NCBI GenBank assembly: GCA_002269645.1
Contig: NIVC01002587.1
Coordinates: forward strand, 1 to 64,000
Origin: Macrostomum lignano
Lineage: Eukaryota
DNA length: 64,000 nucleotides
Direction: 5' to 3'
The translations under genes and the position numbers were made by a program. The notes beneath the pieces are model-generated. The model made no database searches, was not told the DNA's origin, and was given only the letters and a program-made list of their open reading frames with translations. Position 1 is the stretch's first letter; the number at the start of each line of letters is the position of its first letter. Shown in pieces: positions 33,129 through 46,085 of the stretch.

Positions 33129-34107
33129 CCCGCTCTGCGCAAAGGCGCAACAGCTAGCCGCATGAACTCAGGGTCTCACTCTCACCTTGTCTCCGACCCC
33201 GCTCTGTACTTTCCAGTTGCAATATCCAATATTCATATTCCCTAGTATCGCAGCTAGGAGAGAAATAAAGCCGGAAAAATAGAAGGAAACAATTTTGGTG
33301 AACAATTCATCGATGGCATTGCCAGCTTTTCTAAGCCAGCCGGCTTAGAGGTACTAAGGCTCTTCACCTCACCAGGCAAATCTTCAAGCCGGCAGACTAC
33401 AGACGGCATGCATTCACCCTCTATTCTCTCTAAAAGAGATTCCTCAGCCGACAAATACCCATCCCCAAGAAACTAAAGCGATTTGGATAGCAGGCCTTTC
33501 TATCCTCTACCGTGCACTTTCCATGCGCCCAGGCTCTGCATGGGGGCGCGGGCCACTTGACTCATCCGCGATCCTTGTCCGCACCAATTAGCCCCTAATG
33601 CATCAAACAGGGGGACTTAATCCTTTCCTGTGCCTGCCCCCACAACTCTGGCAGGCAGCCTCTGCATAGCGCATATATCATCAGTTAAATGCCGCTTCAA
33701 TAGAGGCCATCCTAGCCATCAAACTTCCTTGGTTACAAAGTGCGGCCCCCTTTTCGTGCATGTTGCAGCAGCTTGTGTCTTCCTTTTTGTTGTTATTTTA
33801 TTATGACAGAGAAAGGGCGATAGAGGATACCGGCCTGCTAGGATCTGGGAAGATTTGGGGAGGAGAAGAGGAGGCAAGGCAAATTGATTGGCTTTAAGAC
33901 GGCTGTAGACTCTCTGTAATGCTGCAATTTGATCGCTCTTGATAGGCTAAATAGACTCACTGGTTCGTATGCAGATGCTAGGAAGTGGATGAGCAGCCGC
34001 TCTTCTCATACCAACATATTTAAGAATTACTAAGGATTTACTAAGGATACTAAGGATTGCTTAAAGAATCTTGTACCGTACATAACAACTATTGTTTTTC
34101 GAGGGAC

Positions 34108-35295
34108 CATTCAATTCACACAGTGCCAGTCACACTCACACAGAGCCAGTCACACTCACACAGTGTCAGTCACATTCACACAGTGTCAGTCACATTCACA
34201 CAGTGTCAAGTACATTCACACAGTGTCAGTCACATTCACACAGAGCCAGTCACACTCACACAGTGTCAGTCACATTCACACAGTGTCAGTTACATTCACA
34301 CAGTGTCAGTCACATTCACACAGTGTGAGTCACATTCACACAGTGTCAGTTACATTCACACAGTGTCAAGTACATTCACACAGTGTCAGTCACATTCACA
34401 CAGAGCCAGTCACACTCACACAGTGTCAGTCACATTCACACAGTGTCAGTCAAATTCACACAGTGTCAGTCACATTCAAACAGTGTCAGTTACATTCACA
34501 CAGTGTCAGTCACATTCACACAGTATCAGTCACATTCACACAGTGTCAGTCGCATTCTCAAAGTATCAGTCACATTCACACAGTGTCAGTCACATTCACA
34601 CAGTGTCAGTCACATTCACACAGTGTCAGTCACATTCACACAGTATCAGTCGCATTCACAAAGTATCAGTCACATTCAAACAGTATCAGTTACATTCACA
34701 CAGTGTCAGTCACATTCACACAGTGTCAGTCACATTCACACAGTATCAGTCACATTCACACAGTGTCAGTTACATTCACACAGTGTCAGTCACATTCACA
34801 CAGTGTCAGTCACATTCACACAGTGTCAGTCACATTCACACAGTATCAGTCACATTCACACAGTGCCAGTCACATTCGCACAGTGTCAGTTACATTCACA
34901 CAGTGTCAGTTACATTCACACAGTGCCAGTTACATTCGCACAGTGTCAGTTACATTCACACAGTGTCAGTCACATTCACACAGTGCCAGTTACATTCGCA
35001 CAGTGTCAGTTACATTCACACAGTGTCAGTTACATTCACACAGTGTCAGTTACATTCACACAGTGTCAGTCACATTCGCACAGTGTCAGTTACATTCACA
35101 CAGTGTCAGTTACATTCACACAGTGTCAGTCACATTCACACAGTGTCAGTCGCATTCACACAGTGTCAGTCACATTCGCACAGTGTCAGTTACATTCACA
35201 CAGTGTCAGTTACATTCACACAGTGTCAGTCACATTCACACAGTGTCAGTCGCATTCACAAATTATCAGTTTCACTTACAAAGCATCAGTTTAGT
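34108..35295. repeat. 20-bp minisatellite (CACATTCACACAGTGTCAGT)
   Basis: Directly visible; roughly 58 units. Confidence 0.95.
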
Positions 35296-36764
35296 TCACA
35301 GATTTCCATCCCATTCACACATTTTCACAATTACAATTATTGCACCACTGTAACTGTAGCGATACTATTATAATGACAATTGTTGCGGTATAATTGCGCA
35401 ATAAAATCAATGAAAAAATGCAGCCATAAAATAACTGACCAATAGATTCAGTCCGAGTGCCAATTGTTGAAGAATCCAAGCCAGAGGAAAAAATACCCCC
35501 CCCCCCACACGCTTGATGCACTTTGTAGGCCATCGAATAGAATTTCTTTGGTCGCCGCTCTCTTCAATCAATAGTTGCCAAAAATCGGGGTTCGAAGGGG
35601 AGAGAGAAAGAGATTTCTCTCCCAGCTGGAAATCGGGTAAGAGATTTTCTAGATCCCGGATTCGCGAATGAGATGAAGAAGAAGTAGCTGAGGCGTTAGA
35701 GTATTAGGCTTATCTCTGGCCGCCCAGCCCCCCTCTTTGGTGGGCGCTGCTTTGGATGCGCCGAGGAGAAACAGAAAAAATCTATTGCCAAGTGCCCCAC
35801 GAGCCACTCTTCCAAATAGTGTGTGTGTGTTGGGGCCCCGCTATGCCCTTCTTCTTTTGCATCTTCCTAGTCTTCTTCCTCTATGCGTTCTCGTATCATA
35901 AATAATTAATTTGCACGTTGAAGGCTGGTTGCTCGACCTCACTCGCTCGCTCTCTCTCTCTCTGCATCCTTCGCCCTCGCATACCCCACCGCATCGAGCC
36001 TAGTAATATTTGCTTTACCGAGCCGCCGCGCCAACTTATAATGAATTATCAGCTTCTCTCGCTCTCGCTCTCTCTCTCTGTGTGTTTTCTGGGCAGAACG
36101 AAATTCGGATTGACGCGAGAATGGAATCGCCACGCTGGTCGGGCAATCTGTCAGGCGCGCTGTCCCAAATTTAACCAAGTATATCTGGGCTTGGCTTGAT
36201 GGGCTGATGGGAGGCAGAGGTAGGGAGAGAGGAGGAGGAGAGATAGAGGGGAGATGTGAGCGAAAAAAATCAGTGGAAAGCACTTTGCCAACAACTTTGG
36301 CACGCCCTCTCTGCAGCTGTTTATTGAGCACTCGAACCCGAGGGGGGAGGGGGCTGCTGGGTGGCAAAGTGCAGTGCATGTCAGAGGCTTAGCGATGCTC
36401 TGGCACGCACTAAAAACGATTCCCAAGTGTCAGTTTAGCTTGACAGACGGCTTCGTGACAGCCTTGGATGAGGATGGGGGGGGGGGTAGGAGGGCTTGCA
36501 GTGAGCAGCTTTGGCAGCATCCGGCAACACGGAGACTGCAGCCTCGTTCTGCATGCCTGCCTCCAGTTGTCCGACAGAAAGTCAATTGGGAACCAAATGC
36601 GACTCAATGATTGAGCTGTTTTAATCGTGACTGTTGATTTTAGAAGTTAGAGCAAGCTGCAGTATAACTGTCAAATATAATAATTATTCATAATCAAAGC
36701 TGGATACACAAAATATTGAGTATATAGACTTTTTTCTTGAAGCTATAGCTTTGACTCTAGCCTC

Positions 36765-36970
36765 TAGCCTTGAACTTAGCCTTAGCCTTAGCCTTAGCCT
36801 TAGCCTCAGTTCTGCCTGGATCCTGAGCTCCTATTTAACCTGATACTTAGCCTTAACCTTAGCCTTAGCCTCAGTTCTGCCTGGATCCTGAGCTCCTATT
36901 TAACCTGATACTTAGCCTTAACCTTAGCCTTAGCCTTATAGCTCTGCCTGGATCCTGAGCTCCTATTTCT
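36765..36970. repeat. (CTTAGC)n runs alternating with CTGCCTGGATCCTGAGCTCCTATTT; about 3 compound units
   Basis: Directly visible. Confidence 0.8.
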
Positions 36971-39884
36971 GCCTTTACCTTATCGTTGGCGCCTCCAGCC
37001 TATACCTAGCTTACCTTAGGCGTCCTGCATTTACCGCCATCCATTAAAGCACTTATCCCATCATCTAAAACTCCAATTCCGTAGCCGCAGTTTCAGAAAG
37101 AAAACTCCCAGCTTATTGATTAGATGCGAGCTATAAATCATCTATCTAAACCATTTCTTTGTCTTATCGACTGTAGCGCAATTGAAAGCCCCCCCACGAA
37201 TTCCAGCAGCTTTCATCCCCTGTGCATGCGTAAGACATACTGCATATCTTATAGTTGCACTTTACGCTCCAGTCCCAGACGCCAATTTAGTTTTTAGTTT
37301 CAAAATTCCAGAATTATCCTAGCCCACCGCCCCACAGCATTAGCAGCAATAGCCGGGCCGCCCCTTCATCATTATTATTATTATTACTGACTGAGTTCCA
37401 GCGCTGCTCGGTTGCAACTTCCGGTCATCTCTCTTAGCTAACCGGACCTCTGTGCTGGGGGGGGGGCGAACCCGGGTCCGGTCCCTGCCCCCATTGTGCG
37501 CCGGAAGTGGCACGAGAGTGACGGACGATCGGCCCCTCTCCCCCCCCCCCAATGCGCCCATGCAGCGGGAACTCCCTCTGCACCGCGCGGGCCTGAAAAC
37601 CAGCTCAAAACTTTGTGAAGGATAAATTTTAGCACGCTACGTTGCTAATATAGGTCTTCTCACAACTTTCAATGCTCACTTAGAACTAATAGTAAATATT
37701 CAATCTCTCAACCTGCAGGCGAAGAAGAGCTACTTTTCAACCAGACTCTGGTGACTCGTGGTGAGTGATCGATGTTTTGCTAAATTCCATTATTATAATA
37801 TGGAAAAGGCGATGATATGCAGTAGACGTACATTTATAACAAACAGTTTACCCAAGACTGATCATTAAATGTTAATTACATTGATAAAATCAACTCTCAA
37901 CAAGTAACGTTCGTACCATTTAGCTTTTATACTTTTTTAGGACAAATAATGACGACGGTTCTACTTGCCTAGCAACAATAATCCCACAATTGCATATGTC
38001 CTGTGCCTAAAAACCATTAAAATGGCATGGCTCGGCTCATTGGTTATATATCCATTTTATCATTTTCATTACGGAAATGTACGTAGAATGAAAAATTAAC
38101 ATAGAGTCCTAATTTTCTGAATGAAAAGCTTTATAAATATCGATAGAGCTATAAGAAAGGCACAACATATCAAAAAATGAATACTTGGGTCTGCCTCCTC
38201 CTATCGAAATCAATGTGTATTTTTCGCCGAAAACCAGCCTCCTTAACTTTTCCGTCCTTCTATTTGAGTTGTCCTTGCAGTTAGCTCTAACAGACATTTT
38301 AGCATATTAAATTTGATTCTATAATAAGGGCGTCAATGTCTTTTGGTAGTGGCAATATACTGCTAGTTGTCCTTGATCAATGTTTTGGGTCAAATTATTA
38401 AATTTTAAAAGAAAAGTGTATTGTATTTGTTATTTATGAAAAAGTATTTAAAAATTTGTTCTTTTGCTCTTCTCGTTTGTACTCGTATCCCGCTGGAGAA
38501 TATTTAGCACCCCGTCGTCCTTTGTCGTCGTACCCTGTCGTCGCCATTTGCCCTCTCGTCTATGGACCAAACACATTTCGTTTTTCACTTAATTTCACTT
38601 TTTTCTTAGGTTAAGACAGGGACTACTTGGTTACGAGCTAATATTTAAAATAAATATTACAATTAGATTTGCATTTACTGCAATTTCTTGTCCAATACGC
38701 TCTTACAAGCGATGTGAAGTTTAATACACAATAGGTAGGCTTTGTTTGAACGAGTCTTAATCGACAAGGCTGGGTGGTCCTAGCTCTAGCCTATTGCCAC
38801 CGTGTCGTCGCTGCCTAATACAGCAGGATGACCTTATATTAACTTCCAAGCCCATTTACAAAAAAACATTTCATTTACATTTACTTTCGTAAATTGTTAC
38901 GCTCGTAATCTAACAAAAATATGATGATTAATATAGTAGCCCAATAGTTTCAATAAATAGGTATTAGTTTACTTATTTGCACACTATAGGAATCGAATTC
39001 GGGACCTTCACATCTAATATATAGCTTCCTTTAATAAAAGAAAAATTGATAGAAAAAAGAAAACTAGTATAGAACCAGCTGTGGAGAAGTAAGTCTAGGA
39101 TCGAAGGGGGGAGAGATGAGGCCACCCCGGGCATCTGGGCCTCTCGCGCCGGAACAAGCGAGCTGTACTACAGCGATACGCCAGGAGGGTGCAAATTAAA
39201 TTTTCGGTTCATTGTGCTCGGGCCAAGGAGATCTTTGAACCAGAGCCTGGTTGAAAGGTCTCCTAGGCCTGGCAGGGGCCGGCCTCTTACTAGTGAAGTC
39301 ATCGCATTGAAACTGCGGCTTTGGAAATTTTTGCTAATTAAGCCCCGCGCGCGAAGCCTCATCACCAACGCTGAGACTGCTAAGGGGCTGGAGGGGGGGG
39401 GAGGAGCTTGGGAAGCTGGAATGAGCCGTCGCTTCATCGCTCGCTTCCGTGCGCAGGTTGCGGCGGCAAGAAGACTCCGGAGAGCCGGGACAGCAGGAAT
39501 TACCCCCCCCCCCACTAACACCCAATCCTCTACTTCATGCCGAGGGGATTTTCGTGTTGAGACGCTCGGGGGAAATCCGCGTCTTCGGCTCATGAACTAA
39601 TCTGGGGGGGGGGGTTGCTGCAGCTAGGAGCACTCATTTCGAAGCCGCTTCATTGCCCGATCTCTTCCTGCCTCTCCCCCAGACTTCCTGTCTCTCTCTC
39701 TACCTCTCTTTTAGAAGCAGCAATGCTTCGAACAAGTGGTTGCTTCATGACCGGGTCAATGAGGTTCAACAGCTGAGTTGCGAGTATCTGCTGAGTTGCA
39801 TGCATAGAGTTTGATAGAAAGATTATTAGCACTAAATTCGCACTACTTTATGATTTGGAATTCGCCGCCGCATTCATTTTGAGG

Positions 39885-39995
39885 CTTGTGTGCTCGAAAA
39901 TTGGCCTGGGATTTGTAGTGCGATTCACAGCCATGAGGGCCAACCCACAAGACACAGAGAGTGCACAGGCCTGACGATTGGAAAGTCAAAGAGTC
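39885..39995 (+). mobile_element. SINE body fragment
   Basis: GTGCGATTCACAGCCATGAGGGCCAACCCACAAGACACAGAGAGTGCACAGGCCTGACG matches the shared SINE body. Confidence 0.6.
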
Positions 39996-40057
39996 GCGCC
40001 TGAGTCAGTGGAATTGGCAGAGTTGCCGTCAGAGCTGGATGTGTGACGGATGTGGCA

Positions 40058-40404
40058 GGGGGCCGTAGCCCAGCGGTAGCGCAGCTGCTCTGGTGTGCCA
40101 GCGACCCAGGCTCGATTCCAAGTTTCCAAGGCTGAATTGGAATCTCGGCTTGGCTCTGCTCGTGTAATTAACGGCCTTGAGAGCCAACCCCCCAAGGCGC
40201 AGTGAAGTGTACATGCCTAACGATAATACAAAGTTAGGGCCGCTGTACACTCCTGTGTGAGTGTGTGCCTGCGTACGTATCCGCGCGCTTGTATGCCTGC
40301 TCAGGGGAGTCGGCGGAATGGGCAGTAATGCCTCTCGCCGGTTGTGTGCCTATGTCGCTTAAAGTGCACCAGGGTGCACACAACCCCCCTGCCTCTAATA
40401 AAAA
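40058..40404 (+). mobile_element. tRNA-derived SINE, family A copy 3
   Basis: A box TAGCCCAGCGG (40066), B box GGCTCGATTCC (40109), tail AATAAAAA. Perfect 13-bp TSD TGACGGATGTGGC (40044-40056, 40405-40417). Confidence 0.9.
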
Positions 40405-41403
40405 TGACGGATGTGGCGCCAGGGTTGCCCCCACAGCCGATCGGAGAACAAGGAAATTCTGGTTGTTGAACCCGTCTATTCTCTGCATGTTTCGACATGG
40501 ATTTATTTGTCTATGGTAAAACCTAATTTAACGTCATCTTTAAGGCAGACAAATTTGCAAGCTGTTGTTTTATCATAGACGAAAAGTCGAAAATGTAATT
40601 TAAACTACTTTAAAGCTCACTTTCAGGGATTTTGCGGGATTTAATCGATCACTTTCCCGGACATATTGCAACAAGGATTATTGTATGTATCTAAATAAGC
40701 GAGCTTCTCTCTTCTCTTCCTTCGTGACTCGAGAAATTTCTTAATGAAATTTTGTCTATGGTAAGAATGTGGGGGCTTCGCCCCCACGCCCCCATCCCCA
40801 ACTTCAACCATAGACATACTCCTCCTCCTCGAATAATTTCAGGCCGAAACTCTTAAAAAGATAAGAAAAATTAAAAGCATTAGAAAAAGTGGAAACACAG
40901 ACTAGCATCCAGGTTGAAGCCATAGACGACAAATATTATTTTAACACAACTTTGATATGAAGAGATTGGATATGTGGGGGCTCTGCCTAAATACAACCCT
41001 AAAAGCCATGCATTATCGTGGCTTCAGCTGCAGAGGCCAGGGGGTTTGCAATGCGACTTGACAGAGCCGTGTTACCAGGGTGTGGCTTGGAGAGGGGAGA
41101 AAAGCAAAAAGGCGGCGGGAAATTCCAATTAAATTGCATTAACAATCGGTGTTAACGAGTTCTATAGCTAATTAGGGTGACGTGTTTCCAGGCGCACTGT
41201 TGTGTAATCAATTCTCCCTGATCCCGCAGCTGAGACCGGGCGGCCGCACAGAAGGCAGAAGAGAAGAGGGCGTGGCTCGTGACGAAATTGCGGAAAGGGT
41301 AAGTAATATAAGCAATTTTCATGCTTTCAACATTCTAGGGTCGCTTTGAGGAGCACAAGGCTTGAATATAATAGCATGACTTCATCAAAAAGGGCTCAGA
41401 CAA

Positions 41404-42505
<1,102 letters not shown>

Positions 42506-43099
42506 GTGAGGTGATGAATAGCTTGAACCGCACCGCAATCACATATAGATCAGATCAGTTATGCATTTCACTATAATAGCATTGCGGAGTTAGAAGAAGT
42601 ATCTTCAGTTCTGTGATACTTTTCTCGAGGTTTTGTCAATCAACAAAACCGACTTTACTGAATTCACCGTGTACTTTTAGCAATTGAAATTTCAGTTGAT
42701 CCTGTGGGTCTTCTATCCCCAGTCATACAGGCTGCGGATTAAATGCCCCATTATCCACTTGACTAAACAAGTGACCTAGTTAGAAAACGCTTCAATATTC
42801 TGGACCAGGCAGCTACTGGTCTACTAGCAGTAGCAGCTATTGCATGCGGATCAAAATCAGAGATAATTTTATGTGACAACTATTTTCCAATCGGAGTCCG
42901 AAAATAAATGCGTTTTCAAATGACAAAATCATTTTTTATTTAAACAGCGACCAAAAGCACCGCTTTCAGTTTTGTCTTTTTTCTTTGCTTTGGTTTTTGC
43001 TTGAATTTGCTGCATGGCGCCTAGGCAGCGTTTCCATGGAAACCGACAACTGGTTGGAAATGACGCTATTCAATGGTTCAACGGTTTATTGGCGGTTGT

Positions 43100-43342
43100 C
43101 AAGAAATCGGTTGTCAAGGAAGCGGTTGTCAAGGAAGCGGTTGTCAAGGAAGCGGTTGTCAAGGAAGCGGTTGTCAAGGAAGCGGTTGTCAAGGAAGCGG
43201 TTGTCAAGGAAGCGGTTGTCAAGGAAGCGGTTGTCAAGGAAGCGGTTGTCAAGGAAGCGGTTGTTTAGGAAGCGGTTGTCACGGAAGCGTTTGTTAAGGA
43301 AGCGGTTGTCAAGGAAGCGGTTGTCAAGGAAGCGGTTGTCAG
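43100..43342. repeat. 15-bp minisatellite (GCGGTTGTCAAGGAA)
   Basis: Directly visible; about 16 units. Confidence 0.93.
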
Positions 43343-44171
43343 GACAGCCAGTACAGCTCCGACACAGCTTCATTTGCGGCCACTCAATTCGCAGGTAATT
43401 CTCTCGTTTCTATTTTCCTACATTATAATTTTGCATTGCCTACTTAGAGTAGCTAGTCTGAAAAAATAGTCGCTAGAATACTTAACGGGCTCGGGTAAAA
43501 TGATGTTACTCGTTACCCGCAGACCAAAAAGTCTTCAGAAGAGCATCCCTTTTCAAGCCGTGGGAACTAAGAAAAAAAAATCTTGCAACTAGCTGTCAAA
43601 AAAATTTCTAGACAACTTTAAAAATCCGTCAGTCAGACGGGACCCGCACTTAGAAAGATTGACGGAACGAAAACATCTTCAGAGAAGCTGTTGATTTTTT
43701 TTGAAAAGTTCAGTTCAAGAAAAAAGCGCACTAAGCAAAACAGTCAGGTTTCAGTAGGCCTATGCAGTAGTACTCCGTTAGCCTCGAGTAATTATGAATG
43801 GCTCCCTCCCTCAGCCTTCGCTGTGACACAGTCAGCTGTTACTAGAAGTGACAGGGCCGCCCGTTGCGTTTTTTATTTCCTTTTTTCACTCCCAATCTTC
43901 CCTAGGAGAGCCAGAAAGTGTAGTGGGTGAACAAAAGCGACACAATTTCTGCAACGATGCCTTTCTATTTTCCTTGACATCTCGCCCCCAACTAGCTCGT
44001 AGGAGAACTCTTCTTCTTCCAAGGTTGTCAAATATATATTTGTCCAATTAATTTTTCTAGAAAAAAGAAAGAAATGACCGGAGGGAGTTCAGATCTCCAC
44101 TCTGCTATTTCTGGGTTTAGTTAACATTTCTCAGTCCTTAGAATATCTCGTGCTTCTGACCACAGGATAAC

Positions 44172-44365
44172 GGAGAGCGCAGCTCACCGGTTTAAGTGCC
44201 TGACTTCCCGCGTCAAAGTGGCCCGGGTTCTACTCAGTGTCCCGGCCGCGTTCACGGGAGTGATGGTGCAATTCACTCCCGTGAGGGCCAACCCACAAGG
44301 CACTGAGAGTGTGCATGCCTGATTATGGGAAGCCAGGGCCGCTGTGCACCCTGTGTGAGTGTTTG
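44172..44365 (+). mobile_element. Older SINE (family B), 3' end running into a CT microsatellite
   Basis: Head AGCTCACCGGTT...GTGCCTGACTTCCCGCG...GGGTTCTACTC resembles the 9836 head. Body GAGGGCCAACCCACAAGGCACTGAGAGTGTGCATGCC...GGGCCGCTGTGCACCCTGTGTGAG. Confidence 0.65.
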
Positions 44366-44367
44366 TC

Positions 44368-44848
44368 CCCTTCTCTCCCTTGTTCTCTCTCTTCCTCTCT
44401 CTCTTCCTCTCTCTCTTCCTCTCTCTCTTCCTCTCTCCCTTGTTCTCTCTCTTCCTCTCTCTCTTCCTCTCTCCCTTGTTCTCTCTCTTCCTCTCTCTCT
44501 TCCTCTCTCTCTTCCTCTCTCTCTCTTCCTCTCTCTCTTCCTCTCTCTCTTCCTCTCTCTCTTCCTCTCTCTCTTCCTCTCTCTCTTCCTCTCTCTCTTC
44601 CTCTCTCTCTTCCTCTCTCTCTTCCTCTCTCTCTTCCTCTCTCTCTTCCTCTCTCTTCCTCTCTCTCTTCCTCTCTCTTCCTCTCTCTTCCTCTCTCTCT
44701 TCCTCTCTCTTCCTCTCTCTCTTCCTCTCTCTCTTCCTCTCTCTCTTCCTCTCTCTTCCTCTCTCTCTTCCTCTTTCTCTTCTTCTCTCCCTTCCTCTCC
44801 CTTCCTCTCTCCCTGCCTCTCTCCCTTCCTCTCTCCGTTTCTCTCTCG
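44368..44848. repeat. CT-rich polypyrimidine microsatellite (CTCTCTCTTC-type)
   Basis: Directly visible. Confidence 0.95.
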
Positions 44849-45584
44849 TTAAGGCCCATACTGTACGCCAAACAACCACCTGTGGCACGGTGGCCCTCCT
44901 GCATCAAACTGACGGACAGGCAGAGGAAAAACCAAGTATAGAAGAAGGCGGATACAAAGACGCAGTGAGCAGCTGAGAGAGAAATAGTTGATTTTCAAAA
45001 CGCGCCAAGAAGAGACGCCAAGGTAGATTTGGCCGCTCATCGGGCCTCATAAATAACTAATGAGTCCCGACTGTCGATCCACAGAGAGGCAAGTCCGGCG
45101 TTCGCGCCGCCTCCCATGAGAATTGCGGCCCGCTGCCCAGCATCCAGCTCTTCCTCACCTCTCGTCTCAGCCATCAATTTTCCTTTCCCGAATTCCCACC
45201 CCACATCGCCCCTTCACGAGCCCTGGTGGAGCTGCTTTGAGGAAGCTGGGGGAGCAAACAGTGGCCCCGGCACCGCCGAATCCCACCATTGCGGATGCTA
45301 AATAAAAATCTGCCTATCTTCTTCTTTTTCCAGCCAGCGTGCAAACTTGAGTCCGCCGCACCCGGCCCTCTGCAAATCCCGCCTCCTGCACTTTAACTGT
45401 TATAATCCCCTTAATCTCTTCTCTCCTTGTCTTTTTTGGCCCTCTTCTTCCTATCTCAAGTCTAATCAATCTGTTGTTTATTCTTTCATCTCACTCGTTC
45501 TCTCCCTCTCCCTCTCTCACTATTTCTCGCAGTTTGGAGAGCGGCTTGCCAAAGTTTCTGGCTTCGAGCTATTGCCAGTTCTCT

Positions 45585-46085
45585 CTCTCCACCATCTTTC
45601 TTGCCCCCACCTCTCTCTCTACCTCTCTCCCCACCATCTTTCTTGCCCCCACCTCTCTCTCTACCTCTCTCCCCACCATCTTTCTTGCCCCCACCTCTCT
45701 CTCTACCTCTCTCTCTACCATCTTTCTTGCCCCCACCTCTCTCTCTACCTCTCTCTCTACCATCTTTCTTGCCCCCACCTCTCTCTCTACCTCTCTTCCC
45801 ACCATCTTTCTTGCCCCCACCTCTCTCTCTACCTCTCTCTCTACCCCTCTCTATCTATCTCTATCTCTCTCTATCTCTCTCTACCTCTCTCTTTAATTCT
45901 CTTTCTCTCTACCTCTCTCCCTACCTCTCTACCTCACTCTCTACCTCCCTCTACCTCTCTCTCTATCTCTCTACCTCCCTCTACCTCTCTCTCTACCTCT
46001 CTACCTCACTCTCTACCTCCCTCTACCTCTCTCTCTATCTCTCTACCTCCCTCTACCTCTCTCTCTATCTCTCTCGCTCTCTCTC
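45585..46085. repeat. About 36-38-bp pyrimidine-rich repeat (CCACCATCTTTCTTGCCCCCACCTCTCTCTCTACCTCTC) grading into CT/CTA microsatellite
   Basis: Directly visible. Confidence 0.88.

Noticed and set aside
39965-40010. Hammerhead-like CTGACGA...GAAA...GTC in the SINE body
   Set aside because: Stems II and III cannot form canonically and the core is not conserved in other copies. The 20806 copy shows a simple CCTGAC/GTCAGG hairpin instead.
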